64,000 nucleotides of DNA. Source: a bacterium. Its GTDB lineage: Bacteria > UBA8248. Numbering within the stretch: the first letter of the stretch is position 1; every line of letters begins with the position of its first letter. A program made the position numbers and the translations under genes. The stretch is from the NCBI GenBank assembly GCA_965199855.1, contig OZ241326.1, positions 1,344,001-1,408,000 of the forward strand, in the 5' to 3' direction. The notes beneath the pieces are model-generated. The model saw only the letters and a list, made by a program, of their open reading frames with translations, did no database searches and was not told the DNA's origin. Positions 50,047 through 59,924 of the stretch are shown here, in pieces.

Positions 50047-51438
50047 CTATTCGACGATTTCCGGCTCGTCCTCGCCCGTCCAGGCGATGGCCGTCATCGA
50101 GACCTCGGCGTCGGCGACGGGCGAGGGCTCGGGTATCTGGATGGCGGTGAAAGCGGGCCTTCGCCCCGGAAAGTATTTTTTGAACAAGGGTTCGAGCGCG
50201 GGGAGGTGGGCGATGCTCCTGAGGAGCAGGGTCAGGTGCGCCACGCGGCCCATTCCGGCGCCGGCGGCCTTCATCGCGCCCTCCATCCGCTCCAGAATCC
50301 TCGCTCCCTGAAAGAGCGCGCCGCTCGCGGCCGGGGAGGATTCCTTCGGCAGCTTCCTCCGAAGCGCCGCCCCCAGTTCGCTTTTCCGGCGAATCGGCTC
50401 GCCGTCCCCGTTCAGTCCGACCAGACCGGAGAGGAACAGAAGGCCGCCCGCTCCGACGCCCAGGCTCATCCGCGCGCCCGGGGCGCCGTCCCCCTGAATC
50501 GCCTCGCGCTTCGCCTTCGCGCCGTTCATCAGCGCCGTCGGCTCGATCTCGATCTTCTCCCCCTTGTGGCCGACCTCGGCCACCTGCATCACCGTGAGCG
50601 CGGGCGGGTCTTCGGGAAAGAACCGCTCGTGGACGCGGTGGAAGGTGGGGAAGTCGCGCATGTCCTGAAGATAGACGGTGAGGTTCAGGACGTTTTCGAG
50701 GCGGGAGCCCGAACCCTCCAGGTGCTTGCGAATCAGATCATAGACGAACCACGTTTGCGCGGCGATGGGGCCGTTTCTGCTGTCCTCGTGGCTTTGGCCG
50801 ACGGAGAGGAAGCGGCCTTCCTCGGGAACGTCGGGATAGCTGCGGATGAGGGGAGCGCCGGGCTTCGAGGTGTCCGTCGGAATCTGGCCGGCGACGAAAA
50901 GGTAGGGCCCCGCCCCCACTACGTGCGAGAAGTGCGCGGCGGCGGAGTGCGCCTTCGATCCTTCGTGAACCATTCTTCGCCCGAGAGCCTTCGCCGCCCC
51001 GGGACGCAGGGCGATGCCGTCGATGTTGAAGCGGACGCTTCGCTTCGGGTCGAACGCGCCCATGCCCACGGCGGTGCTCGGCGTGGGGGCTTCGGGTTCG
51101 TAGTGGCGCCGGATGCCGTCGAACACCGGAAAAAAGCGCTTGTCGAGCTGATACAGGTGGAGTCTGAGCAGATGTCCGAGCCCCCCGTCGAGCGCTTCGA
51201 GGGTTTTCCGCGCGCTCTCGTAGGCGGCGATGGCCTGGGCGCCGACGGGCGCCTCGATTCTATCGACCCAGGGGTAGTTTCGGGCGCGCTCCGGCCCTTT
51301 GTCGCCGACCTCGGCATACGAGGAGCAGACCTTTCGTGTCCCGGGGCGCATCCCCATCTGACCGCTGAAGAACAGGAACGGCCCCGCCGAGACGCACCGG
51401 GGCCACCTCGCGTGCGCCGCGAAGAATTTTCCGGACAC
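50047..51438 (-). CDS. Protein with three tandem RidA/YjgF-like domains
   Basis: FLFFSGQMG, YLFVAGQIP and LLFLSGLVG, each followed by a Rid-type C-terminal segment. Confidence 0.8.
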   Translation of the reverse strand: MSGKFFAAHARWPRCVSAGPFLFFSGQMGMRPGTRKVCSSYAEVGDKGPERARNYPWVDRIEAPVGAQAIAAYESARKTLEALDGGLGHLLRLHLYQLDKRFFPVFDGIRRHYEPEAPTPSTAVGMGAFDPKRSVRFNIDGIALRPGAAKALGRRMVHEGSKAHSAAAHFSHVVGAGPYLFVAGQIPTDTSKPGAPLIRSYPDVPEEGRFLSVGQSHEDSRNGPIAAQTWFVYDLIRKHLEGSGSRLENVLNLTVYLQDMRDFPTFHRVHERFFPEDPPALTVMQVAEVGHKGEKIEIEPTALMNGAKAKREAIQGDGAPGARMSLGVGAGGLLFLSGLVGLNGDGEPIRRKSELGAALRRKLPKESSPAASGALFQGARILERMEGAMKAAGAGMGRVAHLTLLLRSIAHLPALEPLFKKYFPGRRPAFTAIQIPEPSPVADAEVSMTAIAWTGEDEPEIVE

Positions 51439-51440
51439 GT

Positions 51441-53771
51441 TTATGGCGCCTCCACGACGGACGGGGGGCGGAACGCCGTAATTTCAGGAAGTGCCTCCTC
51501 GTAGCGCTCGACCTCGACGAGGGCGCTGTGCGCGCTGGGGCCCTGGCCCAGCCTCGAGGTTCCCTTGTCGGGCGTCAGGACGTTGGGGTTTCCGTGCTTG
51601 TCGAGCGACCCGATTCTGCCGGGCTCCAGCGGATCATACCAGGCGCCCGTGGAGAGCTGGATGACTCCCGCGAGCAGCCCGTCCGAAATCGCGGCCCCCG
51701 CGAGGACGGCGCCGCGATCGTTGAAGATCCTGATGACGTCTCCCTCGCGGATGCCCCGCGCGGCGGCGTCGTCGGGGTGAATCCGGGCCGGCTCCCTGCC
51801 GTTGATTTTGCTCGCGCGGCTGAGGACGCCGTTGTCCATCTGTCCGTGCAGCCTCGCGCGCGGCTGGTTCGAGATGAGGTGCAACGGGAATTTCGCCGCC
51901 TTCTCGCCGCCCAGCCATTCGCCGGGTTCGAGCCAGGCGGGGTGGGGCGGGCAATCTGGATACCCGAAGCTCTCGATGCGCTCGGAGTAGATCTCGATTT
52001 TTCCCGAGGGCGTCTTGAGAGCGTTCTTCTCCGGGTCTTCCCTGAAGTCGGCGAGATAGACGAGCGGCGTCTCCGGCGGGGGGACTTCAGCGTGTCCCGT
52101 CTCCCAGAAATGCGCGAACGTATCGAGCGGCACCCCTTTCGAGGCGGCCTTGCGGCGCGCCTCCTCGTAGATGCGGCGTATCCACTCCATCTCGCCGCGG
52201 CCTTCGGTGAAGGCTTCTCTGAATCCCAGCCGCTCCGCCAGGTCCGAGAAGATGTCGAAGTCGTGCCGGGCCTCGCCGATCGGCTCGATCACCTTGCGCA
52301 TGGCGAGGATGAAGCGATCCCTGGAGCTCGCCCCGACGTCGTTGCGCTCGAGCGTGGTGGTCGCCGGCAGGACGACGTCCGCGTGGCGCGCGGTGGACGT
52401 CCACCAGGGCTCGTGAACGACGATCGTCTCCGGCCGCCGCCACGCCCTGACGAGGCGATTGAGGTCCTGGTGATGGTGGAAGGGGTTGCCGCCGCACCAA
52501 TAGACCATTCTGACGTCCGGATAGACGCGCCGCTCGCCGTTGAAGTCGTACGGCTCGTTCGGGTGAAGCATCATGTCCGCGATGCGGGCGACGGGGATGA
52601 AGCTTCCGGTCGGGTTCCTCCCTGCGCTCATGCTGGGCGACGCGATGCTCTCGCGCGGAATCGCGCGTCCGCCCATGCTCCCGTAGCCGAAGCCGAACCC
52701 GCCGCCCGGCAGGCCGATTTGCCCGAGCATGGCGGCGAGCGCGATCGTCATCCAGAACGTCTGCTCTCCGTGATCTCCGCGCTGGAGGGACCAGTTCACG
52801 TTGATCATGGTTCTCTCGCGCGCCATGCGCCGGGCGAGATTCACGATGTCGTCCGCCGGGACGCCCGCAATGCCGGACGCCCATTCCGCGCTTTTGGGCA
52901 GGCCGTCGGCTTTTCCCGTCAGGTAGGCTTCAAACTTCCCGAAGCCGACGCAGCAGCGGGCGAGGAAGGCTTTGTCGTGCAGGTTCTCGCTCCAAAGCGC
53001 GTGGGCGAGGCCGAGCATCAGCGCCACGTCCGTGTTGGGGCGCGCGGGAAGCCACTGGGCGTCCAGAAAGTCGGGCGCGTCGTCCCTGAGCGGGCTGACG
53101 CTGACGAATTCCACCCCGTTCGCCTTCGCCTTTTCGAGCCACAGCGGCAGGGTATGCTCTCCGGCGCCTCCCGATGCGACCTGCGCGTTCTTGACGGGAA
53201 CGCCCCCGAACATGACGAACAGCCCGGTGCTCTTCACGATGCCGTCCCACGTCGTGATGGGGCCGGAGCAGGCGTCCGCGTTTCCCAGAACGTGGGGGAG
53301 GATGACGTAGCCGGCGGCGATGCTGTAGGTGGTCGCCTGATCCGTAAAGCCGCCGTGGCAGTTGAAGAATCTCTTCACCAGGGTGTTCGCGTGGTGAAAG
53401 CGGCCCGCGCTCGCCCAGCCGTAGGAGCCGGCGAAGATGGATGCGCTTCCGTGTTCGGTCCTGACGCGCCGGATCTCGTCGGCGACCAGATCGAGAGCGC
53501 GCTCCCAGGAGACGGGAACGAAGGGCTCGGCGCCGCGCCCGGCGGTGTTCTTCCCCGGCCCGTGCTCGAGCCAGCCCGCGCGGATCATCGGCCGCCGCAC
53601 GCGGCTCTCGTCATACACCGCGCCTTGAATCGACTCCAGGATGGGGGAGGGCGCCGGGTCCTTGGCGAACGGCTCGAAGCCCACCATGCGCCCGTCCCGG
53701 ACGTGCGCCTGAAACGCCCCCCAGTGGGAGCTGTGCGGACGCTTTTCCACCGCGCTTCGCCCGTCGGGCAT
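51441..53771 (-). CDS. Cytoplasmic molybdopterin S/N-oxide reductase (BisC/TorZ-like)
   Basis: SHWGAF, SYGWASAGRFHHA, TYS Mo ligand, GGNPFHHHQD and RLHGQ; no Tat signal. Confidence 0.92.
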   Translation of the reverse strand: MPDGRSAVEKRPHSSHWGAFQAHVRDGRMVGFEPFAKDPAPSPILESIQGAVYDESRVRRPMIRAGWLEHGPGKNTAGRGAEPFVPVSWERALDLVADEIRRVRTEHGSASIFAGSYGWASAGRFHHANTLVKRFFNCHGGFTDQATTYSIAAGYVILPHVLGNADACSGPITTWDGIVKSTGLFVMFGGVPVKNAQVASGGAGEHTLPLWLEKAKANGVEFVSVSPLRDDAPDFLDAQWLPARPNTDVALMLGLAHALWSENLHDKAFLARCCVGFGKFEAYLTGKADGLPKSAEWASGIAGVPADDIVNLARRMARERTMINVNWSLQRGDHGEQTFWMTIALAAMLGQIGLPGGGFGFGYGSMGGRAIPRESIASPSMSAGRNPTGSFIPVARIADMMLHPNEPYDFNGERRVYPDVRMVYWCGGNPFHHHQDLNRLVRAWRRPETIVVHEPWWTSTARHADVVLPATTTLERNDVGASSRDRFILAMRKVIEPIGEARHDFDIFSDLAERLGFREAFTEGRGEMEWIRRIYEEARRKAASKGVPLDTFAHFWETGHAEVPPPETPLVYLADFREDPEKNALKTPSGKIEIYSERIESFGYPDCPPHPAWLEPGEWLGGEKAAKFPLHLISNQPRARLHGQMDNGVLSRASKINGREPARIHPDDAAARGIREGDVIRIFNDRGAVLAGAAISDGLLAGVIQLSTGAWYDPLEPGRIGSLDKHGNPNVLTPDKGTSRLGQGPSAHSALVEVERYEEALPEITAFRPPSVVEAP

Positions 53772-53964
53772 CAAGTTGGTTCCTCCGCGAGGTCAGGCCG
53801 CTTCCATGGCTCGGCGTCCGGCGGAGCAGTATATCACGAGCGAAGAGCAAATCCCCGCTCCCTGAGGCTCCCCCGAACAAGCCGGCGGGAGGATGACTTT
53901 GGGGCCGGAGTGTGCCATTGTTCCGGCATCCGAGATCATTTTCCCCTCGTCCCGGAGAAGGCTC

Positions 53965-54450
53965 ATGGACTTGCTCGCGAAAATGGCCGGCGACGTCGGG
54001 CGCCTGCTGAAGGAGCGGCGGCAGACTGTCGCCGTTGCGGAAACGTCCGCGGGTGGGCTGGCGTCCTCCGCCCTGCTCGCCGTTCCGGGGGCTTCCGCGT
54101 ACTACGTGGGCGGCGGCGTGCTCTACACCTATGATTCGAGGAGCGTTCTGCTCGGTCTGCCCGAGGACGCCTTCGAGGGAATGCGTCCGGCCACGGAAGC
54201 CTACGCGGCGAAGCTGGCCCTGGCGATAAGGGAGAGGCTGGGGGCGGCGTGGGGCGTCTCCGAAACCGGCGCCGCCGGGCCCTCGGGGAACAGATACGGA
54301 GACGCGGCGGGGCATTCGTGCGTGGCCGTTTCCGGTCCGGTGAGCGAGGCGATGACGCTGGAGACGGGCGCCGCGGATCGGGAGGCGAACATGTGGGCGT
54401 TCGCGGAGGCGGCGCTCGGCTTGCTCAAGGAGGCGGTGGAGCGAAGTTAA
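53965..54450 (+). CDS. CinA C-terminal (PncC-like) family protein
   Basis: VAVAETSAGG, PGASAYY and SETGAAGP. Confidence 0.88.
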   Translation: MDLLAKMAGDVGRLLKERRQTVAVAETSAGGLASSALLAVPGASAYYVGGGVLYTYDSRSVLLGLPEDAFEGMRPATEAYAAKLALAIRERLGAAWGVSETGAAGPSGNRYGDAAGHSCVAVSGPVSEAMTLETGAADREANMWAFAEAALGLLKEAVERS

Positions 54451-54471
54451 ACCGCATGGAGACGACGCGAT

Positions 54472-55458
54472 ATGTTTCAGGCTCTGGTTCTGGAGGAAGC
54501 GGAAGGGGGAGTCCGCTCGTCGATTCAGGAGCTTGATGAGGCGAGCCTGCCGGAGGGCGACGTGACGGTCGCCGTCGACTATTCGACGCTCAACTACAAG
54601 GACGGGATGGTGCTGGGCGGCCTCGGGCGGCTGGTGCGCCGGTATCCCCACGTGCCGGGCATCGACTTCGCGGGCGTCGTGGAGGAGAGCGCGCACCCGG
54701 ATTACCGCGCCGGGGACAAGGTGATTCTCACCGGCTGGCGGGTCGGCGAGGCGCGCTGGGGCGGCTACGCGCAGAAGGCGCGGGTTCGGGGGGACTGGCT
54801 GGTTCATCTGCCGGAGGAGCTCTCGACGAGGCGGGCGATGGCGCTCGGCACGGCGGGCTTCACGGCCATGCTTTCCGTCCAGGCGCTGGAGGATCACGGC
54901 CTGGGCGTCGATGAGGGCGAGGTGCTGGTGACGGGCGCCGCCGGCGGAGTGGGTTCGGTCGCGGTGGCCGTCCTCGGGCGGCGGGGGTATTCCGTCACGG
55001 CGTCGACGGGAAGAGAGGAGACCCGCGAATATCTGACGGCGCTGGGAGCCTCAGCGATAATCGCCCGCGGCGAACTCTCCGAGGGAGCGAAGCGGCCGCT
55101 TGAGAGCGAGCGCTGGGCGGGGTGCGTCGATTCGGTGGGCGGCGCGACGCTCGCGCGCCTGCTGACGCAGATGAAATACGGGGGCTCCGTGGCGGCGGTG
55201 GGCCTGGCCGGCGGCAGCGCGCTCGAGACGACGGTGATTCCGTTTCTTCTGCGGGGCGTGAATCTCCTGGGCATTGATTCCGTCATGTGCCCCCCCGCGC
55301 GCCGGCGGAAGGCGTGGGCGCGGCTCGCGGAGCAGACGCCGATGGACAAGCTCGAATCCATGATCACCGAAGCCGCGCTTTCCGATCTGCCCGGCCTGGG
55401 CGCCGACATCCTGAAGGGACGGGTGAAGGGCCGCGTGGTGGTGGACGTGAACGCCTAG
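54472..55458 (+). CDS. acuI: Acrylyl-CoA reductase AcuI/YhdH family
   Basis: STLNYKD, GTAGFTAML, TGAAGGVGS and PFLLRGVNLLGIDSV. Confidence 0.88.
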   Translation: MFQALVLEEAEGGVRSSIQELDEASLPEGDVTVAVDYSTLNYKDGMVLGGLGRLVRRYPHVPGIDFAGVVEESAHPDYRAGDKVILTGWRVGEARWGGYAQKARVRGDWLVHLPEELSTRRAMALGTAGFTAMLSVQALEDHGLGVDEGEVLVTGAAGGVGSVAVAVLGRRGYSVTASTGREETREYLTALGASAIIARGELSEGAKRPLESERWAGCVDSVGGATLARLLTQMKYGGSVAAVGLAGGSALETTVIPFLLRGVNLLGIDSVMCPPARRRKAWARLAEQTPMDKLESMITEAALSDLPGLGADILKGRVKGRVVVDVNA

Positions 55459-55907
55459 GAGCCTTTTCTTCTCGTCAGCTCCCGGTCGAGCGCCGCGGCG
55501 AATTTGCGGCGATCCGCCGCGGCCATGGGCGGCGGGCCGCCCTGGACGAGTCCCCCCGAGCGCATCTCCATCATGAAGTTGCGGAGCGAGAGCCGCTCGC
55601 CCGCGTTTTCTTCCGTATAGACCTCGCCGCGCGGGTCGATGGCCAGCGCGCCTTTCTCCACCGCCTTCGCCGCGAAGGGAACGTCCGCGGTGATGACGAA
55701 GTCGCCCGCGGCCAGATGCTCGATGATGTAGGCGTCGGCGGCGTCCGGCCCGCCCGGAACCCGTATCGTGGAGAGGGAGGGGACGTCCGGCGTCCTCAGC
55801 TTCATGTTGGCCACCAGCGTGGTGGGAACGCCGAGCCGCTCGGCGGCTTTGTAGAGAATCTCCTTGACCTCCTGCGGACAGGCGTCCGCGTCCACCCAGA
55901 TTTTCAC
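55455..55907 (-). CDS. YaiI/YqxD (DUF188) PIN-like protein
   Basis: IWVDADACP, DAAD, VITADVP and DPRG. Confidence 0.9.
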   Translation of the reverse strand: MKIWVDADACPQEVKEILYKAAERLGVPTTLVANMKLRTPDVPSLSTIRVPGGPDAADAYIIEHLAAGDFVITADVPFAAKAVEKGALAIDPRGEVYTEENAGERLSLRNFMMEMRSGGLVQGGPPPMAAADRRKFAAALDRELTRRKGS

Positions 55908-56013
55908 GTGCTTTCCCCGAGGCGCGGCGCTTAGGCATCGCGGCGTCTTTATAGTAGGATGCTTCTAATACGACGCGCCCGTTTGGGCAATACGGATGCG
56001 CCGGGAGGAGCGA

Positions 56014-56229
56014 ATGTCCGCGCCTGAGAAAGGCCGCGAGGAAATCGCGGCGCGAATCAGCGGGATGGCCTCTGAAATCTACGGCGTGCCGGAGGATGCC
56101 TTCGGCCGCGAGACGGCGGATGAATGCGCCCGGATGCTGCGAATTCTCTCCGGGATGGAAGTGGACCCCGCCGATGAGCCGTTTCTCCCTCCGCTCGAGG
56201 AGGCCGGGCCGGACGAGGGCGCGAAGTGA
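56014..56229 (+). CDS. Small acidic protein coupled to the amidase (GatC/AtzG-like)
   Basis: SD GGAGGAG, 71 aa, ends in a DEP motif and has a GTGA overlap with the amidase. Confidence 0.6.
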   Translation: MSAPEKGREEIAARISGMASEIYGVPEDAFGRETADECARMLRILSGMEVDPADEPFLPPLEEAGPDEGAK

Positions 56230-57569
56230 GCGAATACTGGAAGCTCTCCCTGAGCGGGGGTCTGCGCAGGATGGAGGAGGGAACGCTCGGCGCGGCGGAG
56301 TGGACGCGCTCCCTCCTGTCGCGCATCGACGCCTGCGAGGACAGGGTGAAGGCCTGGGCGCAGGTGGACCGGCAAGGCGCGCTCGACGCGGCGGAGCGGG
56401 TGGACGACGCGCGAAGCGGCGGGGCGGCCCTCGGCCCTCTGGCCGGGGTGCCCTACGCGGCCAAGGACATCATCGACGTTCGGGGACTCAGGCGCGAGGC
56501 GGGAACGGAAATTCTGAAGGGAGAGGAAGCCGCCGAGGACGCCGTCTGCGTGGCGCGCCTGCGCGATGCGGGCGCGATAGCTCTCGGCAAGGCGGTGACG
56601 ACGCCCTTCGCCCAGGGAGACCCCTCCATCACGCGCAATCCCTGGAATCTGGAGCGCAGCCCGGGCGGTTCGAGCAGCGGCTCGGCGGCGGCCGTGGGCG
56701 CGGGCATGGTCCCCGCCGCCTTCGGCAGCCAGACGACCGGCTCCACCCTTCGCCCGGCGGCGTATTGCGGGGTGCCCGCCCTCAAGCCCACCTACGGGCG
56801 CATTCCGAGAACGGGCCTCATCAAGGTTTCGTGGAATTTCGACCACGTGGGCGTCATCGCGCGCTCGGTGGAGGACATCGCCAGAATCCTGGCGGCGGCG
56901 GCCGGCCCCGACGGAGCGGATCACCGCGCCGTGGAGGCTCCGCCCCCTCCCGCGGAAATCGCGCCCCGAAAGCCGGAGAAGATCGCCTGGCTGAAGCACG
57001 TTCTCGATCAGGCGAGCGCGGAGGTCGCCGAGTGGACGGAGCGGGCCGTGTCCCGAATCGAATCGGCGGGCGTCGCCGTCGAGGAGGTGGAGCTGCCCCT
57101 GAGCCTGGAGGAGATCAACGCGGCGCATTTCATCGCCCGCTGCGTGGACGCCGCGGCTCATCATCAGGATTTATACGAGGCGCATGGGGAGAGGCTGCCG
57201 CCCTACGTGCGCAGAAGCCTGACGATTGGATACATGACGCCCGCCGTCCATTATGTGAGGGCGATGCGGATTCGCGCGAACTTCACGCGGAAAATGGACG
57301 ATTTGATGAGCCGGCGCGACCTGCTGGCGCTTCCCAGCTTCGACGCGGGCGCGCCTCCCCGGGAAGAGTCCACGGGCGCTCCGGCGTTTCTGCAGCCGCT
57401 CACCTTTTCGGGACAGCCGGCCGTCACCCTGCCCCTGGGGCGGGGGGACATGAACCTTCCCCTGGGGATTCAGTTCGGCGCCATGCGCCTCGGGGAGGAG
57501 AAGCTCCTGGCGATGGCGCGCTGGTTCGAGGACGAAATGGGCTGGCTGGCGGAGTTTCCCGACCTGTAG
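56226..57569 (+). CDS. Amidase-signature family enzyme
   Basis: AAKD, SPGGSSSGSAAAV and GSQTTGSTLRPAA. Confidence 0.93.
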   Translation: MSEYWKLSLSGGLRRMEEGTLGAAEWTRSLLSRIDACEDRVKAWAQVDRQGALDAAERVDDARSGGAALGPLAGVPYAAKDIIDVRGLRREAGTEILKGEEAAEDAVCVARLRDAGAIALGKAVTTPFAQGDPSITRNPWNLERSPGGSSSGSAAAVGAGMVPAAFGSQTTGSTLRPAAYCGVPALKPTYGRIPRTGLIKVSWNFDHVGVIARSVEDIARILAAAAGPDGADHRAVEAPPPPAEIAPRKPEKIAWLKHVLDQASAEVAEWTERAVSRIESAGVAVEEVELPLSLEEINAAHFIARCVDAAAHHQDLYEAHGERLPPYVRRSLTIGYMTPAVHYVRAMRIRANFTRKMDDLMSRRDLLALPSFDAGAPPREESTGAPAFLQPLTFSGQPAVTLPLGRGDMNLPLGIQFGAMRLGEEKLLAMARWFEDEMGWLAEFPDL

Positions 57570-57605
57570 GGCGGAGGGGGTTCGCGCGATGAGGAAGATT
57601 CGGAG

Positions 57606-58763
57606 ATGAGCGGGACGGGACTCGAAGCGGCGGCGCCGGCAGCGGCGGATGGGGCGAAGCTGAAAATCATCGACGCCGACATTCATCCCCGGATGAACGG
57701 CATGTTCCAGCTGCATCCCTACCTCTCCGAGGCGTGGCGGAAGCGCATGGGCGTCGCGCCGCTCAGCTCCGCGAAGGACCCGAACACCGCGAGAAACGTC
57801 TTCTCCATCCCGAAGCGCTGGTATTTCCACCCCCACGGCGCGGAGCGGCCGGACGCCCTGCCGCCGGACGGCGGGCGGCCGGGGTCGAGCCTCGACATGA
57901 TGCGCTCGCATCATCTGGACAAATACGGGGTGGACGCGGGCGTTTTGATCGCCGGCGACTTGTTCGGCATCGGGGGGCTGCCGGACGCCGACATGGCGGC
58001 CGCGTTCATCTCGGCGAACAACGACTGGCTGCTCCATGAATGGTGCGGGGAGGAGCCCCGCCTGAAGCTGGCGATTCACGTCGGCCCGCGGGACGCGCGG
58101 CTCGCCGTTCGGGAGATTGAGCGAATCGGCGGGCATCCCGCCGTCGTTCAGGTGCAGGTTCCGCAGATGGACATGCTGATGGGGAATCGCCACTTCTATC
58201 CCATCTACGAGGCGGCGGAGGCCATGGGCCTGCCCGTCGGGATGCACGGGGCGGGAGAGTCGGCGGGCGTCAACACCCCGATGAACCCGACGGGCGTCCC
58301 CTCCTATTACATCGAGGTGCACACGGGGGCGGTGACCGTGGCCCAGGCCCACGTCCTCAGCCTGGTGTGCGAGGGCGTGTTCGCGCGCTTTCCGAAGCTG
58401 AGAGTCGTTTTCCAGGAGATGGGCTACGCCTGGCTGCCGAGCCTCATGTGGCGCTTCGATCAGGAATGGCGCTCGCTGCGCGCGGAGGTGCCCTGGCTCG
58501 AGCGTCCGCCCAGCGAATACGTCGTCGAGCACGTCCGGCTCACCTCGCAGCCCATCGCGGAGCCGCCCACGAGAGAGGACCATCGCCACGTTCTCAGGAT
58601 GGCGAAGGCGGAGAAGACGCTGCTGTTCGCCTCCGACTATCCGCACTGGGACTTCGACGATCCGCGGCAGGTTTTTCAGGAGGCGCCGGATGCGCTGAGG
58701 CGGCGCATTTACCACGAGAGCGCCGAGGAGCTGTATGGCCGCAAGCTCCGGGCGGGCGGCTAG
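57606..58763 (+). CDS. Amidohydrolase_2-fold metalloenzyme
   Basis: DADIH, ANNDWL, GMHG, QEMG, TSQP and ASDYPHWD. Confidence 0.88.
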   Translation: MSGTGLEAAAPAAADGAKLKIIDADIHPRMNGMFQLHPYLSEAWRKRMGVAPLSSAKDPNTARNVFSIPKRWYFHPHGAERPDALPPDGGRPGSSLDMMRSHHLDKYGVDAGVLIAGDLFGIGGLPDADMAAAFISANNDWLLHEWCGEEPRLKLAIHVGPRDARLAVREIERIGGHPAVVQVQVPQMDMLMGNRHFYPIYEAAEAMGLPVGMHGAGESAGVNTPMNPTGVPSYYIEVHTGAVTVAQAHVLSLVCEGVFARFPKLRVVFQEMGYAWLPSLMWRFDQEWRSLRAEVPWLERPPSEYVVEHVRLTSQPIAEPPTREDHRHVLRMAKAEKTLLFASDYPHWDFDDPRQVFQEAPDALRRRIYHESAEELYGRKLRAGG

Positions 58764-58797
58764 GCGGGCAGGCGCGGCCGCGGAACGCGGGCCGGCG

Positions 58798-59895
58798 TCA
58801 GGCGTCAAGGCGGAATTTCCGCACCGCCTCCTCGTTCACCTCCACGCCCAGCCCCGGGCCCTCGGGCACCTTGACCACGCCGCCCCGCGCCTCGAAGCCC
58901 GCGACGATGTCCTCCTCGTGCCAGGCGGACGCCTTGCCGGATTCGTTGTAGCGGATTGCGGGCGTCGAGGCGAAGAGATGCGCGCACGCGGCGTCGTTCA
59001 GCGCGCTGTGAATCACGCTGCCGCACAGCCCTTCGATGCCGTGAATCTCGATGAGGGCGGCCGCCTTCTTCGCGCGGAGAAGGCCGCCCTCCCTGTTCAC
59101 TTTCAGGTTCACGATGTCGGCGGCGCGCCTGCGGGCGATTTCGGCCAGATAGTCGGGCCGGAAGGATTCGTCCGCGCAGATGGGAACGCGCGAGTTCTTC
59201 GTGACGAATTCCAGGCCGTCCAGGTCGCGGCCGGGCACCGGCTGCTCGAGCATCGCGACGCCGAACTCCTCGATGCGCGCGCACATCTGGACGGCGAGCT
59301 TGGGCGTCCAGCTCATGTTCGCGTCCACCACGATGCGCGCCTCCTCTCCCGCCGCCTCCCGCGCCGCCGCCACGCGCGCGACGCTCGTCTTCGCGTCGCG
59401 GTTCATCTTCACCTTGAAGGAGGTGATCCCCGAAGCCATGGATTCCGCCGCGAGCTCGGCGGTCCGCTCCGGCGATTCGAGGGGAAGGATGTCGAAGGCG
59501 GGCATTTCGTCCCTGATTTTTCCGCCCAGCAGATCATATACTGGACGCCCCAGCATCCGCCCCAGCAGGTCGTGCGCCGCGCAGTCGATCGCCGCCTTGG
59601 GCGAGTAGTGGAAGGGGATGGCCGCGTCCATCTTCTGAACGATGCGCTCCCGCTCGAAGGGGCTGGAGCCGGAGACGGCGGGAACCAGATATTCTTCGAG
59701 TATCCGAAAGGCGCTTTTCAGGGTTTCCCCGGTCGGAAACGAGCGAAGCGCCGCGGCCCCCCAGCCGGCGACGCCCTCGCACGTAATCTTCACCACGATG
59801 TCCTCCGAGCGCGTGGCCGCGCGCGTGGCGCTCCTGTAGGGGTGGGTGAGGGGGATGGCGACGGGGAACAGCTCGATCTTTTCGATTTTCGGCAT
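58798..59895 (-). CDS. Enolase-superfamily enzyme (muconate cycloisomerase / dipeptide epimerase subgroup)
   Basis: KVK, DAN, EQP, ADES, NLK and PEGPGLG. Confidence 0.9.
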   Translation of the reverse strand: MPKIEKIELFPVAIPLTHPYRSATRAATRSEDIVVKITCEGVAGWGAAALRSFPTGETLKSAFRILEEYLVPAVSGSSPFERERIVQKMDAAIPFHYSPKAAIDCAAHDLLGRMLGRPVYDLLGGKIRDEMPAFDILPLESPERTAELAAESMASGITSFKVKMNRDAKTSVARVAAAREAAGEEARIVVDANMSWTPKLAVQMCARIEEFGVAMLEQPVPGRDLDGLEFVTKNSRVPICADESFRPDYLAEIARRRAADIVNLKVNREGGLLRAKKAAALIEIHGIEGLCGSVIHSALNDAACAHLFASTPAIRYNESGKASAWHEEDIVAGFEARGGVVKVPEGPGLGVEVNEEAVRKFRLDA

Positions 59896-59924
59896 TTTGG
59901 GGGGTCGTCTCCGATCTCGGGGAC

